From an uncultured Muribaculaceae bacterium (GTDB lineage Bacteria > Bacteroidota > Bacteroidia > Bacteroidales > UBA932), in contig CAYGGD010000001.1 of NCBI GenBank assembly GCA_964349315.1, positions 758 through 64,757 of the forward strand: a stretch of DNA of 64,000 nt, given 5' to 3'. Both the position numbers and the translations under genes were made by a program. A model generated the notes under the pieces. That model worked only from the letters and a program-made list of their open reading frames with translations. It made no database searches and was not told the DNA's origin. Positions 46,047 through 56,243 of the stretch are shown here, one piece after another. Position 1 is the stretch's first letter, and the number at the start of each line of letters is the position of its first letter.

Positions 46047-47237
46047 TTACTTAACAAAAACATCGTAAAGAGCACGGATAACATTGCCCTGAATTTCGGT
46101 GAACCCCTCTGTGTAAACCGGCTCACATCCGTTTGTCATCATAACGAAACCAAACTTTTTATCAGGTTCAAAAAACATTGCGCTAAAGAGTCCGTAGGCC
46201 GATCCTGTGTGTCCCACCATCGTTTCGCCCGGAATAAGTGTTGTTGTAGTTCTTAGAGCAAGTGCATAAAAGTTGCCTTCGCTCATTTCGGCAACAGGAG
46301 TCTGCATAAGCTTAGAACTCTCTTCCGAGATAATTCTTACCCCTGTAGCAGGATCTTGTCCGTAGTACATATGCATTGTCATATATTTTGCAAGATCATG
46401 TGCAGAGATTTTCATACCACCCGTTGGAGAAAACAGAGGTGTGCTGTACCCCATAACATAACCCGACTCAATATCAGCAGCACGACTGGCGTAGGCAGCA
46501 GGTTGCTCTGTAAATACCCTTTCTGCTCCCTCAGTTGTATCTGTTGCTACCAGCGAATAGAGCGGAACATATTTGGATGCGTCCAGAGAATCTACATTAA
46601 AACTGGCAGTTAGTCCGAGAGGTTTAAGCACTACATCGGCCACGTAATTATCGAACCTTACACCGGAAAATTTTTCTACAATGGCTCCGATTGTATTAAA
46701 GCCGAGATTGCAATATTGGTATTTTGATCCCGGCTCATATTGGTTGTAACATTTTCCAAAGTCAGGGTTGGTTGCCGGATTCAATACATTCAGATTAAAA
46801 TAACCCTGAGTATCGTTCATGCTTGATGTATGAGAAAGCAACATTTTAAGAGTAATAACCGTTTCGGGAAATTCCGGATTTCGTACAGTGAACCCTACAA
46901 GGTCGCTGACATCACTGTTCAAATCGACTATCCCTTGTTCAACAAGAGTCATAAGAGCCACTGTTGTAAACGACTTTGAGATTGAGGCAATCCTGAAAAT
47001 ATCATCTTTTGCCAGAAGAGTTTGTTGCTCAATATTTTTGTAGCCGAAACTTTCACTGAAAATAATTTCGCCATCTTTAACCACCGCCAGGGCCAGACCA
47101 ACGGCTCCGGTCTGTTCCATAATCTGGTTTATTTGCTCTCTGGCAATATCCTCTTTTGAGGGTTTATTACAAGCTAAAATCATTGTTGCAACTAATAAAA
47201 ATGAGATAATTTGCTTTAGTTTGAATCCGGTTTTCAT
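46047..47237 (-). CDS. Serine hydrolase, beta-lactamase/class C-like family; lipoprotein
   Basis: Lipobox ILAC; SISK (SxxK), YCN (YxN), HTG motifs. Confidence 0.88.
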   Translation of the reverse strand: MKTGFKLKQIISFLLVATMILACNKPSKEDIAREQINQIMEQTGAVGLALAVVKDGEIIFSESFGYKNIEQQTLLAKDDIFRIASISKSFTTVALMTLVEQGIVDLNSDVSDLVGFTVRNPEFPETVITLKMLLSHTSSMNDTQGYFNLNVLNPATNPDFGKCYNQYEPGSKYQYCNLGFNTIGAIVEKFSGVRFDNYVADVVLKPLGLTASFNVDSLDASKYVPLYSLVATDTTEGAERVFTEQPAAYASRAADIESGYVMGYSTPLFSPTGGMKISAHDLAKYMTMHMYYGQDPATGVRIISEESSKLMQTPVAEMSEGNFYALALRTTTTLIPGETMVGHTGSAYGLFSAMFFEPDKKFGFVMMTNGCEPVYTEGFTEIQGNVIRALYDVFVK

Positions 47238-47265
47238 AATAGTTTAAATTTAAGAGGTCATTATA

Positions 47266-47273
47266 CAAAGATA
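47266..47273 (-). promoter_or_regulatory. -7 box for the hydrolase-GT4-YfhO-AOX operon
   Basis: TATCTTTG on the minus strand, 28 nt before ATG 47237. Confidence 0.6.
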
Positions 47274-47295
47274 GGGTTTTGAACCAAAATATATC

Positions 47296-47303
47296 TATTT
47301 TTG
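47296..47303 (+). promoter_or_regulatory. -7 box of mutS
   Basis: TATTTTTG-CATAG-ATG. Confidence 0.6.
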
Positions 47304-47308
47304 CATAG

Positions 47309-49879
47309 ATGAACAGCAATAAAAAAATAGCGGAAACACCTCTTATGCGTCAATACTTTTCCATTAAGGCAAAGCACCCTGACGCAATTTTGCTGTTCCG
47401 CGTCGGTGATTTTTACGAAACCTTTGGTGAGGATGCAATAACCGCCTCAAAAGTACTGGGGATTGTTCTGACAAAACGGGCCAATGGAGCTGCCTCGTCG
47501 GTTGAGCTTGCAGGGTTTCCTCATCACTCCATAGACAGCTATCTGCCAAAACTGGTTCGTAGCGGATATAAGGTTGCCATTTGCGACCAGCTGGAAGATC
47601 CTAAACTCACAAAAACGATTGTAAAGAGGGGAATAACCGAGCTTGTAACACCGGGGGTTGCCTACAACGACCAACTCTTAAACAACAAGGAAAACAACTT
47701 TCTTTGCGCAATATGTTTTTTTAATGAAAATGCAGGTATTGCCTTTTTAGATATCTCAACCGGGTTTTTTAAAGTTGCAACGGGATCGCACAATTATATA
47801 GAGCTGCTGCTTGCCAGTATGAATCCAAAGGAGTTACTTATCGAACGCTCTTTAAAAAAGGGATTTGAACAAAAATTCGGAACAGAATACTATTTAACTC
47901 TTATCGATGAATGGGCCTTTGCTCCTGCTGCTGCCGAAGAGAAGCTTAAAGAACATTTTGGTACAAATTCGCTCAAAGGTTTCGGTATAGAGAATATGCC
48001 ACTGGCAGTAACTGCCGCCGGAGCCATTCTCTTTTACCTTCAGCTTACCCGCCACGAAGGTCTCAACCACCTTACCTCTATTTCCAGAATTGACGAAAGC
48101 GACTATGTGTGGATTGATAAATTCACATTCCGCAACCTCGAAGTTTTTTCGGGATATCAGGATGGAGCCGCCTCACTTATCTCCACCATTGACCGTTGCT
48201 GCACTCCGATGGGGGCAAGAATGCTTCGCAACTGGCTTGCTCTTCCTGTTAAAAATATTGATGAACTGGAAATACGGCACTCAATTGTAGACTCTTTGTT
48301 ACAGAATCAAAACCTGACAGATACTCTGCGCAACCATCTCAGTGAAATTGGCGATATGGAAAGGGTGGTATCGAAAGCTGCTGCCGGAAGAATATCTCCC
48401 AGGGAGGCAGTTATGCTAAAAAAAGGGTTAAGTAATATAGCCCCCGTAAAAGAGCTCTGCAACACCGTTAGTAACCATCTCTCCAATCTAGCAAAGGAGC
48501 TGGACTGCTGTGATAAACTGCTCTCCTCAATGAGCCGTAAGCTGGTAGCCGAACCTGCTGCAATGGTAGGCAAGGGCGACGTTATCGCTTCCGGAGTCAG
48601 CCAGGAGCTGGATAACTTAAGAAAAATTGCACGACACGGCAAGGATATTCTTGCAGAGATTCAGCGCCGCGAGAGCGACAGAACAGGAATAAGCTCTCTG
48701 CGAATAAGCTATAACAATGTTTTCGGTTACTACCTTGAGGTTCGGAATACACATAAAGATAAGGTTCCCGAAGACTGGATCCGCAAACAGACTCTTGTAA
48801 GCGCAGAAAGGTATATCACAGAAGAGCTGAAAGAGTATGAACACAAAATTCTTGGGGCAGAAGAGAAGATCTTAGCCCTTGAGCAGCAGTTATTTCTGGA
48901 AATAATCTCTGAAATACAGGATAGTATCTCTGTTATTCAGAAAAATGCATCTCTTCTGTCGCGGCTAGATTGTCTTGCCGGCTATGCAGTTATTGCAAAA
49001 GAGAAAAAATACTGTAAACCCATATTGAATACAAACACCTCCCTTGTAATTAAAGGGGGTCGCCATCCGGTTATTGAATCACTTATGCCTCCCGGCGAGC
49101 AGTACATTGCAAACGATCTTTCGCTTGACAATAACTCCCAGCAGATTATTATTTTGACAGGTCCGAATATGTCGGGAAAAAGTGCACTACTCAGACAAAC
49201 CGCGCTTATTGTTCTTATGGCTCAAACCGGCTCCTATGTACCTGCATCATCAGCAGAGATCGGTATTGTTGACAAAATTTTTACACGGGTAGGTGCTTCG
49301 GACAATATCTCTAAGGGCGAATCTACATTTATGGTGGAGATGCTCGAAACCTCAACTATTCTCCATAATTTGTCGTCACGATCACTTGTGCTTTTAGATG
49401 AAATAGGCAGAGGAACAAGTACATACGATGGGATGTCCATTGCTTGGGCAATTGTAGAGTATTTACATGAACACCCCGAACACCGGGCAAAAACTCTTTT
49501 TGCAACGCACTATCACGAACTAAACGACCTTGAACAAAAACTGCCAAGAGTAAAAAATTGGCACATATCTGTAAAAGAGGTCGATAAAAATATTATCTTT
49601 CTGCGCAAATTGTGCAGAGGAGGGGTTGCTCACAGCTTCGGAATTCATGTTGCAAGAATGGCCGGTATGCCTCGCGAGGTTGTTACCAGAGCCGAAAGAG
49701 TACTCAAGCAACTTGAGAGCACACCTAAAAATGAAGCAGTACAGCTCTCTTTTTTTCAGTTAGACGACCCTCTTCTTACAACAATCAGAGATGAGCTGCG
49801 CGATCTGGATATAAACACTGTCTCTCCTCTGGATGCATTTGATAAACTTAGAAATTTAAAAAAGAGACTCGGTCTTTAA
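47309..49879 (+). CDS. mutS: DNA mismatch repair protein MutS
   Basis: TPLMRQY, GDFYETF, TGPNMSGKS, DEIGRGTST, FATHYHEL, C-terminal clamp-binding QLSFF. Confidence 0.98.
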   Translation: MNSNKKIAETPLMRQYFSIKAKHPDAILLFRVGDFYETFGEDAITASKVLGIVLTKRANGAASSVELAGFPHHSIDSYLPKLVRSGYKVAICDQLEDPKLTKTIVKRGITELVTPGVAYNDQLLNNKENNFLCAICFFNENAGIAFLDISTGFFKVATGSHNYIELLLASMNPKELLIERSLKKGFEQKFGTEYYLTLIDEWAFAPAAAEEKLKEHFGTNSLKGFGIENMPLAVTAAGAILFYLQLTRHEGLNHLTSISRIDESDYVWIDKFTFRNLEVFSGYQDGAASLISTIDRCCTPMGARMLRNWLALPVKNIDELEIRHSIVDSLLQNQNLTDTLRNHLSEIGDMERVVSKAAAGRISPREAVMLKKGLSNIAPVKELCNTVSNHLSNLAKELDCCDKLLSSMSRKLVAEPAAMVGKGDVIASGVSQELDNLRKIARHGKDILAEIQRRESDRTGISSLRISYNNVFGYYLEVRNTHKDKVPEDWIRKQTLVSAERYITEELKEYEHKILGAEEKILALEQQLFLEIISEIQDSISVIQKNASLLSRLDCLAGYAVIAKEKKYCKPILNTNTSLVIKGGRHPVIESLMPPGEQYIANDLSLDNNSQQIIILTGPNMSGKSALLRQTALIVLMAQTGSYVPASSAEIGIVDKIFTRVGASDNISKGESTFMVEMLETSTILHNLSSRSLVLLDEIGRGTSTYDGMSIAWAIVEYLHEHPEHRAKTLFATHYHELNDLEQKLPRVKNWHISVKEVDKNIIFLRKLCRGGVAHSFGIHVARMAGMPREVVTRAERVLKQLESTPKNEAVQLSFFQLDDPLLTTIRDELRDLDINTVSPLDAFDKLRNLKKRLGL

Positions 49880-49883
49880 TAAA

Positions 49884-51128
49884 ATGATTTTCAAGCTAGT
49901 TACAGAGAGCATAATTTTTGCTTTCGGCTCTTTAAAGGGCGATAAATTCAGAACCTTTTTATCACTGTTTGGTGTAACAATAGGTATTTTCTCTATCGTA
50001 ACCGTTTTTACGGCTATTGATGCCCTCCGCTCTAATGTAGAGAGCGGACTCAACAGCTTTGGCTCAAACACGGTTTACATACAAGAGTTTCCATTTGCCC
50101 CCGAAGAGGGCGAAGAATACAAATGGTGGGAGTTTCGTACAAGACCAACTCCCAAATACGAAGAGTACCTCTTTTTGCGCAATAATTCCAAGCATGCCGG
50201 GGCAGTTGCCTTTGTTACATTTACAAACATCACAGCAAAATACAAAAGGTACTCATTTAACGACGGATTTATCACTGCCGCAACCTACGAGTGGAACAAT
50301 CTTGCAAATGTCGATCTTGAATCGGGAAGGTATTTTTCTATTTACGAAACACAAACTTCTATTCCTGTTGCAATTCTAGGACACTCGGTAGCAGATAATC
50401 TCTTTTTTGGAGAGGAGCCGGTTAACAAAATTATTAAACTTGGTAACAATAATGTACGGGTTATTGGTGTAATGAAAAAAGCGGGAGAGAGCATCGTTAA
50501 CATTTTTGATACCGATAACTCTATCTTGATTCCTTACAGTTATGCAGGGACACTTTTTAATACCAAAAGCAGTTCGGCGCTTATTTGCATTAAACCAAAT
50601 GACAGTGCAGGCAGAGAAGAGTTTATACAAGAGATCCGGCTTCTTATGAGGGCCATCCGCCGCCTTAAACCCAAGCAAAAAGATAATTTTGCCGTTAACG
50701 AAATGACCTTCCTTTTAGATTCCACTAAACAGATTTTTGCCGGAATATCTCTTGCAGGCTGGATAATAGGGGGATTCTCCATACTAATAGGCGGTTTTGG
50801 AATTGCAAATATTATGTTTGTTTCGGTAAAAGAGAGAACAAACCTTATAGGTATACAAAAAGCTTTGGGAGCCAAAAAATACACCATTCTAACCCAGTTT
50901 TTGGCAGAAGCTGCTGTTTTGGCCCTTTTGGGAGGCATATTCGGAATTTTGTTTGTGGTTCTTGTGGTGGCAACTCTCGGGGGAAACGAGGCATTTCCTA
51001 TGCAACTCAGCGTCTACAATATAATAAGAGGGCTGACTATTGCATCGGTAATTGGAATTGTATCAGGATTTATCCCCGCCTACACCGCCTCTAACCTGAA
51101 TCCGGTAGAGGCAATTAACTCGAAATAA
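49884..51128 (+). CDS. MacB/FtsX-family ABC permease, no adjacent ATPase
   Basis: RTFLSLFGVTIGIFSI, GGFGIANIMFVSVKERT..IGIQKALGA, PAYTASNLNPVEAI. Confidence 0.9.
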   Translation: MIFKLVTESIIFAFGSLKGDKFRTFLSLFGVTIGIFSIVTVFTAIDALRSNVESGLNSFGSNTVYIQEFPFAPEEGEEYKWWEFRTRPTPKYEEYLFLRNNSKHAGAVAFVTFTNITAKYKRYSFNDGFITAATYEWNNLANVDLESGRYFSIYETQTSIPVAILGHSVADNLFFGEEPVNKIIKLGNNNVRVIGVMKKAGESIVNIFDTDNSILIPYSYAGTLFNTKSSSALICIKPNDSAGREEFIQEIRLLMRAIRRLKPKQKDNFAVNEMTFLLDSTKQIFAGISLAGWIIGGFSILIGGFGIANIMFVSVKERTNLIGIQKALGAKKYTILTQFLAEAAVLALLGGIFGILFVVLVVATLGGNEAFPMQLSVYNIIRGLTIASVIGIVSGFIPAYTASNLNPVEAINSK

Positions 51129-51891
51129 GCTTAGTAAGCTCAACAAACTCCTCAACAGAGAGCTGTTCAGGCCTCTTGTCAAACAGATAGCTTGTGGTAA
51201 CTCCCTCTCCTGCTGTTATTGGCTTAATAGAGTTTCTTATGGTTTTCCTTCGTTGATTAAAAGTAGTTTTAACCACTCTTTTAAAAAGCTGCTCATCGCA
51301 TCCCAGTTCAACCCTGCTGTTTTTAGTCAATCGAATCACCGCCGACTTTACCTTTGGAGGGGGAATAAAAGAGTTTTCGTGCACTGTAAACATATACTCT
51401 ATGTTGTACCACACTTGAAGTAAAACTGATAGAATTCCGTAATTTTTGTTCCCGGGAGGAGATGCAAGCCGTTCTGCCACTTCTTTTTGAAGCATCCCCA
51501 CAATTACCGGAATCTTCTCTTTGTAATCCAGTGCCTTAAAGAAAATTTGTGAGGATATGTTGTAGGGAAAATTTCCAATCAGCATAAACTCTCCCTCAAA
51601 TAAATCATTCAAATCCATTTTTAGAAAATCGCCCTCGACAAGAGTACTTCCCAGGTTTGGATAGTGAACTCTCAGATACTGTACAGACTCTGAGTCAATT
51701 TCGACAAGTTTTAAGTTAATTGCCGGTTTCTGAACAAGGTACTGAGTCAGCACCCCAGTTCCCGGGCCCACTTCTAAAACGGCGGCCGACTCTCCTTGCT
51801 CCGGCAGCTTAAGCATATCTACTATTTTGGCAGCTATTTCGTTATCTTTCAAAAAATGCTGTCCCAGTGCTTTTTTCGCTCTTACATACAT
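51115..51891 (-). CDS. rsmA: 16S rRNA m6,2A1518/1519 dimethyltransferase
   Basis: KKALGQHFL, LEVGPGTG, GNFPYNIS, PPPKVKS, FNQRRKT. Confidence 0.97.
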   Translation of the reverse strand: MYVRAKKALGQHFLKDNEIAAKIVDMLKLPEQGESAAVLEVGPGTGVLTQYLVQKPAINLKLVEIDSESVQYLRVHYPNLGSTLVEGDFLKMDLNDLFEGEFMLIGNFPYNISSQIFFKALDYKEKIPVIVGMLQKEVAERLASPPGNKNYGILSVLLQVWYNIEYMFTVHENSFIPPPKVKSAVIRLTKNSRVELGCDEQLFKRVVKTTFNQRRKTIRNSIKPITAGEGVTTSYLFDKRPEQLSVEEFVELTKLISS

Positions 51892-51895
51892 TCTG

Positions 51896-51903
51896 CAAAG
51901 TTA
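51896..51903 (-). promoter_or_regulatory. -7 box of rsmA
   Basis: TAACTTTG-CAGA-ATG on the minus strand. Confidence 0.65.
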
Positions 51904-51909
51904 CTAAAA

Positions 51910-52881
51910 TTACCAGTTTCTGTAGATTTTTACTATTACGGGCAAATGATCGCTTAATCCGCCATGGTATCTTGGCCCGATATAGGTCCTTTTTGGTCTG
52001 TAGCCGGTAAAGTTTCTGTCACGCTCAAGCAATGCAGAATGAGAAATAATTTTAAAACTCCAGATATCGACTGAAACCGGCTCATCTGCATTTAGCATAT
52101 TTGGACTGACGAGAATCTGGTCTATAAGCTCCCATACTCCACGATACTTAATTGTTCCCTCTCTTTTAGGTATCCGGGCACTTAAATTTATAAACATAGC
52201 GAACCTCTTCATAATTTCAGAGTCCGGAGTGTCGTTAAAATCGCCTGCAATAATTACATTAGCCCTTGAATTGCTTAACAGTATGGAATCACACACATAC
52301 AACAGGGCATCGGCAGCAGCCCCTCTTTTGGGAGCCGACTCCTTCTCTCCCCCATATTTAGATGGCCAATGGTTAATAAAAAGGTGCAGAGTGTCTAAAC
52401 GGTGCAGAACACCCTTTGTATAAAGAATATCTCTTAATTGAACAGAGTCGTGGCTAACGCTCAGGTATTTTGTTTCCAACGGATAAAAATGGTCTTTGCG
52501 GTAGAGCAGAGCAACATCAATGCCCCTCCTGTCCGGTGAATCCTTATGCAGAATTCTGTAATTACCGTATGTAAGCGGTGTTTCATAAATCAGTTGATTT
52601 AACACATACCTGTTTTCTATTTCGGCAAGGGCAATAAAGGCGGGTAACTCTCCATTTGTGACATCAATTATTGTCCCGGCAATGCCGTCTCTCTTTTTAA
52701 CAAATCGCTTTCTTGTCCATCGGTTTGTCCCTTGTGGCGTAAACTGATCATCTTCCTTATCGGGGTCGTTTCTTGTATCAAAAAAATTCTCCACATTCCA
52801 AAAAAACAAAGTGTAACCCTCCTGAGCAAACAAAAGAGTGCAAAAAACAGAGAATAACAGCAACAGCAGATATCTTTTCAT
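51910..52881 (-). CDS. Secreted endonuclease/exonuclease/phosphatase (EEP) family protein
   Basis: Signal peptide; WNVENFFD, LAEIEN, NHWPS, GDFND, SDHLPV. Confidence 0.88.
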   Translation of the reverse strand: MKRYLLLLLFSVFCTLLFAQEGYTLFFWNVENFFDTRNDPDKEDDQFTPQGTNRWTRKRFVKKRDGIAGTIIDVTNGELPAFIALAEIENRYVLNQLIYETPLTYGNYRILHKDSPDRRGIDVALLYRKDHFYPLETKYLSVSHDSVQLRDILYTKGVLHRLDTLHLFINHWPSKYGGEKESAPKRGAAADALLYVCDSILLSNSRANVIIAGDFNDTPDSEIMKRFAMFINLSARIPKREGTIKYRGVWELIDQILVSPNMLNADEPVSVDIWSFKIISHSALLERDRNFTGYRPKRTYIGPRYHGGLSDHLPVIVKIYRNW

Positions 52882-52888
52882 TTTTTCT

Positions 52889-52896
52889 CAAACTTA
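52889..52896 (-). promoter_or_regulatory. -7 box of the EEP gene
   Basis: TAAGTTTG-AGAAAAA-ATG on the minus strand. Confidence 0.55.
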
Positions 52897-52989
52897 CCAC
52901 ACTGAGTTTAATTACAGATATTCCGAAAAAATAATTATCTTATATTCAGTATAAAATATATGTTTTTAGATTTATCCCCCTTTTTTTGC

Positions 52990-52997
52990 TAATTTCG
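52990..52997 (+). promoter_or_regulatory. -7 box variant of ychF
   Basis: TAATTTCG followed by CAC, 27 nt before ATG 53025. Confidence 0.45.
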
Positions 52998-53024
52998 CAC
53001 CCTCAAAAATTAAAAGAAAAAAAA

Positions 53025-54128
53025 ATGGCACTTCAATGTGGAATAGTGGGGCTCCCCAATGTAGGTAAATCGACACTATTTAATTGCATAAGCTCGGGTA
53101 AAGCACAATCGGCAAATTTCCCTTTTTGTACAATAGAACCTAACATCGGATCGACAGTGGTTCCCGATGAGCGGTTACAGGTACTGGAAAAGCTTGTTAA
53201 GCCTCAAAGAGTAATACCGGCAACTGTAGAAATAGTTGACATTGCAGGGCTTGTAAAAGGGGCAAGCAAAGGAGAGGGGCTCGGGAACCAGTTTCTGGGT
53301 AATATCCGTGAAACTGACGCCATTATTCATCTCCTCCGGTGTTTTGACGACCCCAACATAGTTCATGTCGACGGCTCGGTAGACCCCGTTAGAGACAAAG
53401 AGATAATAGACACAGAACTTCAGATAAAAGACCTTGATAGTGTAGAAAGCAGAATTACTAAAGTTTACAAACAGGCCCAGACAGGCGGTGACAAAGCTGC
53501 AAAGAGGATGCTGGATATACTTGTTCGCTATAAAGAGGCACTTGTTCAGGGGAAATCGGCACGAACCGTTAAGTTCGACAATGCCGAAGATGCAAAAATG
53601 GCCAAAGAGCTGTTTCTTTTAACCAATAAGCCTGTTTTGTATGTATGCAATGTCGATGAAAAATCGGCAACCAGTGGAAATGACTATGTAAATCAGGTGA
53701 AGGAGGCCATCAAGGACGAAGATGCCGAAATGCTGGTGGTTGCTGCAAAGATAGAGTCTGAAATTGCCGAACTGGATACTTTTGAAGAGAGGGAGATGTT
53801 CCTTAACGAAATAGGTCTCAGCTCTTCGGGTGTTTCACGCCTTATCAGAAGCGCCTACTCACTTTTAAATCTCGAAACCTATTTTACTGCAGGTCCGCAG
53901 GAGGTAAGAGCATGGACATTTCCCAAAGGAATAAAAGCACCTCAGGCAGCCGGTATTATTCATACCGATTTCGAAAAAGGGTTTATCCGGGCAGAGGTTA
54001 TCAAGTACTCCGACTATGTGAAATATAAAAGTGAACCCGCCTGCAAAGAGGCGGGTAAAATGTCGGTTGAAGGGAAAGAATATATAGTTCAGGATGGCGA
54101 CATTATGCATTTTCGCTTTAATGTCTGA
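53025..54128 (+). CDS. ychF: Redox-regulated ATPase YchF
   Basis: GIVGLPNVGKST, NFPFCTIEPN, DIAGLVKGASKGEGLGNQFL, IHTDFEKGFI; start ATG 53025. Confidence 0.97.
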   Translation: MALQCGIVGLPNVGKSTLFNCISSGKAQSANFPFCTIEPNIGSTVVPDERLQVLEKLVKPQRVIPATVEIVDIAGLVKGASKGEGLGNQFLGNIRETDAIIHLLRCFDDPNIVHVDGSVDPVRDKEIIDTELQIKDLDSVESRITKVYKQAQTGGDKAAKRMLDILVRYKEALVQGKSARTVKFDNAEDAKMAKELFLLTNKPVLYVCNVDEKSATSGNDYVNQVKEAIKDEDAEMLVVAAKIESEIAELDTFEEREMFLNEIGLSSSGVSRLIRSAYSLLNLETYFTAGPQEVRAWTFPKGIKAPQAAGIIHTDFEKGFIRAEVIKYSDYVKYKSEPACKEAGKMSVEGKEYIVQDGDIMHFRFNV

Positions 54129-54136
54129 TTCCCTCT

Positions 54137-56236
54137 CTAAAAGAATTTAGCCCTGTTATCTTTAACTCCTGCTTTTTTCTCAAAAATAGAAGGGAGCATC
54201 TGAATCTGGAATGCGAATGACTGGTTCTGGCGATTTTTTGCATCATCCTCAGTGAAAAACGAACCGGTTTCTCTTGAGGTAACCTCAAACATATAAACTC
54301 CTATTGTACCTGCTACAGGACCGTAAAGAGTGTTAAGGTCAGCTCCTGCAACCGATCCGATAAATTTAGGATCGAAACTCTGAGCTCCCGGAGATCCGAA
54401 AGATACTCCTGATTGTCTGCTTACAGTGGTGCCCAATTTATCTGCAATCTCTTCCAGATTAGTTAGTCCAGCTATCTGCTCTCTTACGGTCGCTGCCAAC
54501 TTATCATTGGCCTTCTCTCTTCTGATTTGTGCAGCGATTTCCTTTTCAAGAGCATCCATAGATGGAATTCCTGCCTCTCTAACCTCGGTTAAAGCAACAA
54601 CAAAGAAATACTTATTCTCCAGAGAAATAATCTGCGAAACCTCACCTTTTTTGGCTTGATATGCCCAACGGACAATCTCTCTTGCATTGCTGAAATTTGC
54701 AATGTTTCTTGCTCTTTCAGTAATATTATAAGCCGGCATAGGATAAAGATTCATTTCTGCCGTAACTTTGTGGAAGTTCTCAATTTTTCCGTCAGATCTT
54801 GAAGCTACCTCATTTGCTTTGCCGTAATAGTTTTGGAATGTCTCCCTGCTGGCAATTGCTGCTTTTTCGAGAACAGCAATCTGAACCTTTTTCATTGGCC
54901 TTGTCCTCTCTTTAATATTTAAAATGTGTAGACCATAGGTTGTCTCAAGTTTAAATGGACGACCAACAGGCGCCACAAAACAGGTATCAAAACCTGGTAT
55001 CATATTTTCCTGACTCATCCATCCAAGATCGCCGGGCATCATATTTGGGTTTTGATCCAGAGAGTTATCAGCTGCCAGTTGTGCAAAATCGGCACCCCTT
55101 TGTAACAGGGTTATAAGACTGTCTGCCTGAGCATTCGATCCCACTCTGTCCATATTGGGGAGCAAAATATGCTGAATATAAACTGAATCAGGCATCTGCT
55201 TAATAGAGTTGATTCTCGCAGCGCGGAAAACATCACCATCCTTGAAAGGTTCCAATACATCGGCATATGTTGCTCTGAAAGCAAAACTGTCCAGTTTAGG
55301 AGAAACAGAAGCCATCTCTCCCTGCTTGTAGTAGTAAGTATCAAGAGGTTTGTCAGAGTTTCTGGCAAGGAAATTTCTTATATTTGCTGTAGAAGAAAAC
55401 TCGTTCATTAAATCTTCGATTTCCTGCTCTGCAGCTGCTACATCTTCGAGTGAAGGAACTACCTCTACAACCACATACTCTATATCTCTGCCCGCAGACT
55501 GCTCAAATGAGTGCTTGTGCCTGTTGTAATAATCTCTAACCTCCTGTTTTGTAACTGTTATGGTTGTATCCTCTGCAAAACTGTAGGGCTGAACAACAAA
55601 AGAGACCTCAGAGGTAATATTGTTATCCATAACTGCTCTTCTTAATTGAACAGGATTTTTAATATTACTTTTTGCCAAAAGACTTACGTATTTGCCAACC
55701 ATTTGGTCTACTACCATGTTTTTCTCCAGATAATCCCAGTAAGTGGCTAGATTCCCGGTGTTATCCATAGGAATTGCCCTTATAAACTGAACCAGCAGAT
55801 CTCTGTCAAAAACACCATTTTCTCCAATAAAGGCCTGCTCACGGGCAAGCACCTGCGATATCTGAGAACCCTGGCTTAAATCGAAGAGCTCTTCGTCGCC
55901 AACTACAATACCTGCCTCTTTAATTGAAGGAATAATCACATTATCGCTCAAAAGATCCTGCCACGCACTCTGGTTAAGCATCTCTGATGTTTGTTCGTCC
56001 AGAGCAGTTGTTCCGCTAAGTAGCTGGTGAATTCGGTTAAAATACTCTACTCTTTTTTGAAAATCTTGATAAGATATGGCTTTTCCGTTCATCTCCCCAA
56101 CATCATATTTAGAAGAAAATACAGAAACAGCCGATTGCAATGTGTCTGCGTCGATAATAAATGAAATAAGCGCCAAACCTATAACCGCTGTTATAAAGAC
56201 ACCCATTTTAACGCGGATCTTCTCGAGAACTGCCAT
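54137..56236 (-). CDS. ppiD: PpiD-like periplasmic chaperone (SurA N-terminal + parvulin domain)
   Basis: MAVLEKIR, IGLALISFII TM anchor, QHILL..ADFAQLAADNSLD..GDLGW parvulin domain. Confidence 0.85.
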   Translation of the reverse strand: MAVLEKIRVKMGVFITAVIGLALISFIIDADTLQSAVSVFSSKYDVGEMNGKAISYQDFQKRVEYFNRIHQLLSGTTALDEQTSEMLNQSAWQDLLSDNVIIPSIKEAGIVVGDEELFDLSQGSQISQVLAREQAFIGENGVFDRDLLVQFIRAIPMDNTGNLATYWDYLEKNMVVDQMVGKYVSLLAKSNIKNPVQLRRAVMDNNITSEVSFVVQPYSFAEDTTITVTKQEVRDYYNRHKHSFEQSAGRDIEYVVVEVVPSLEDVAAAEQEIEDLMNEFSSTANIRNFLARNSDKPLDTYYYKQGEMASVSPKLDSFAFRATYADVLEPFKDGDVFRAARINSIKQMPDSVYIQHILLPNMDRVGSNAQADSLITLLQRGADFAQLAADNSLDQNPNMMPGDLGWMSQENMIPGFDTCFVAPVGRPFKLETTYGLHILNIKERTRPMKKVQIAVLEKAAIASRETFQNYYGKANEVASRSDGKIENFHKVTAEMNLYPMPAYNITERARNIANFSNAREIVRWAYQAKKGEVSQIISLENKYFFVVALTEVREAGIPSMDALEKEIAAQIRREKANDKLAATVREQIAGLTNLEEIADKLGTTVSRQSGVSFGSPGAQSFDPKFIGSVAGADLNTLYGPVAGTIGVYMFEVTSRETGSFFTEDDAKNRQNQSFAFQIQMLPSIFEKKAGVKDNRAKFF

Positions 56237-56243
56237 TTGATAA

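Noticed and set aside
46047-47237. Antibiotic-resistance beta-lactamase
   Set aside because: SxxK/YxN/HTG motifs are shared by esterases and peptidases; no mobile context; activity cannot be assigned from sequence.
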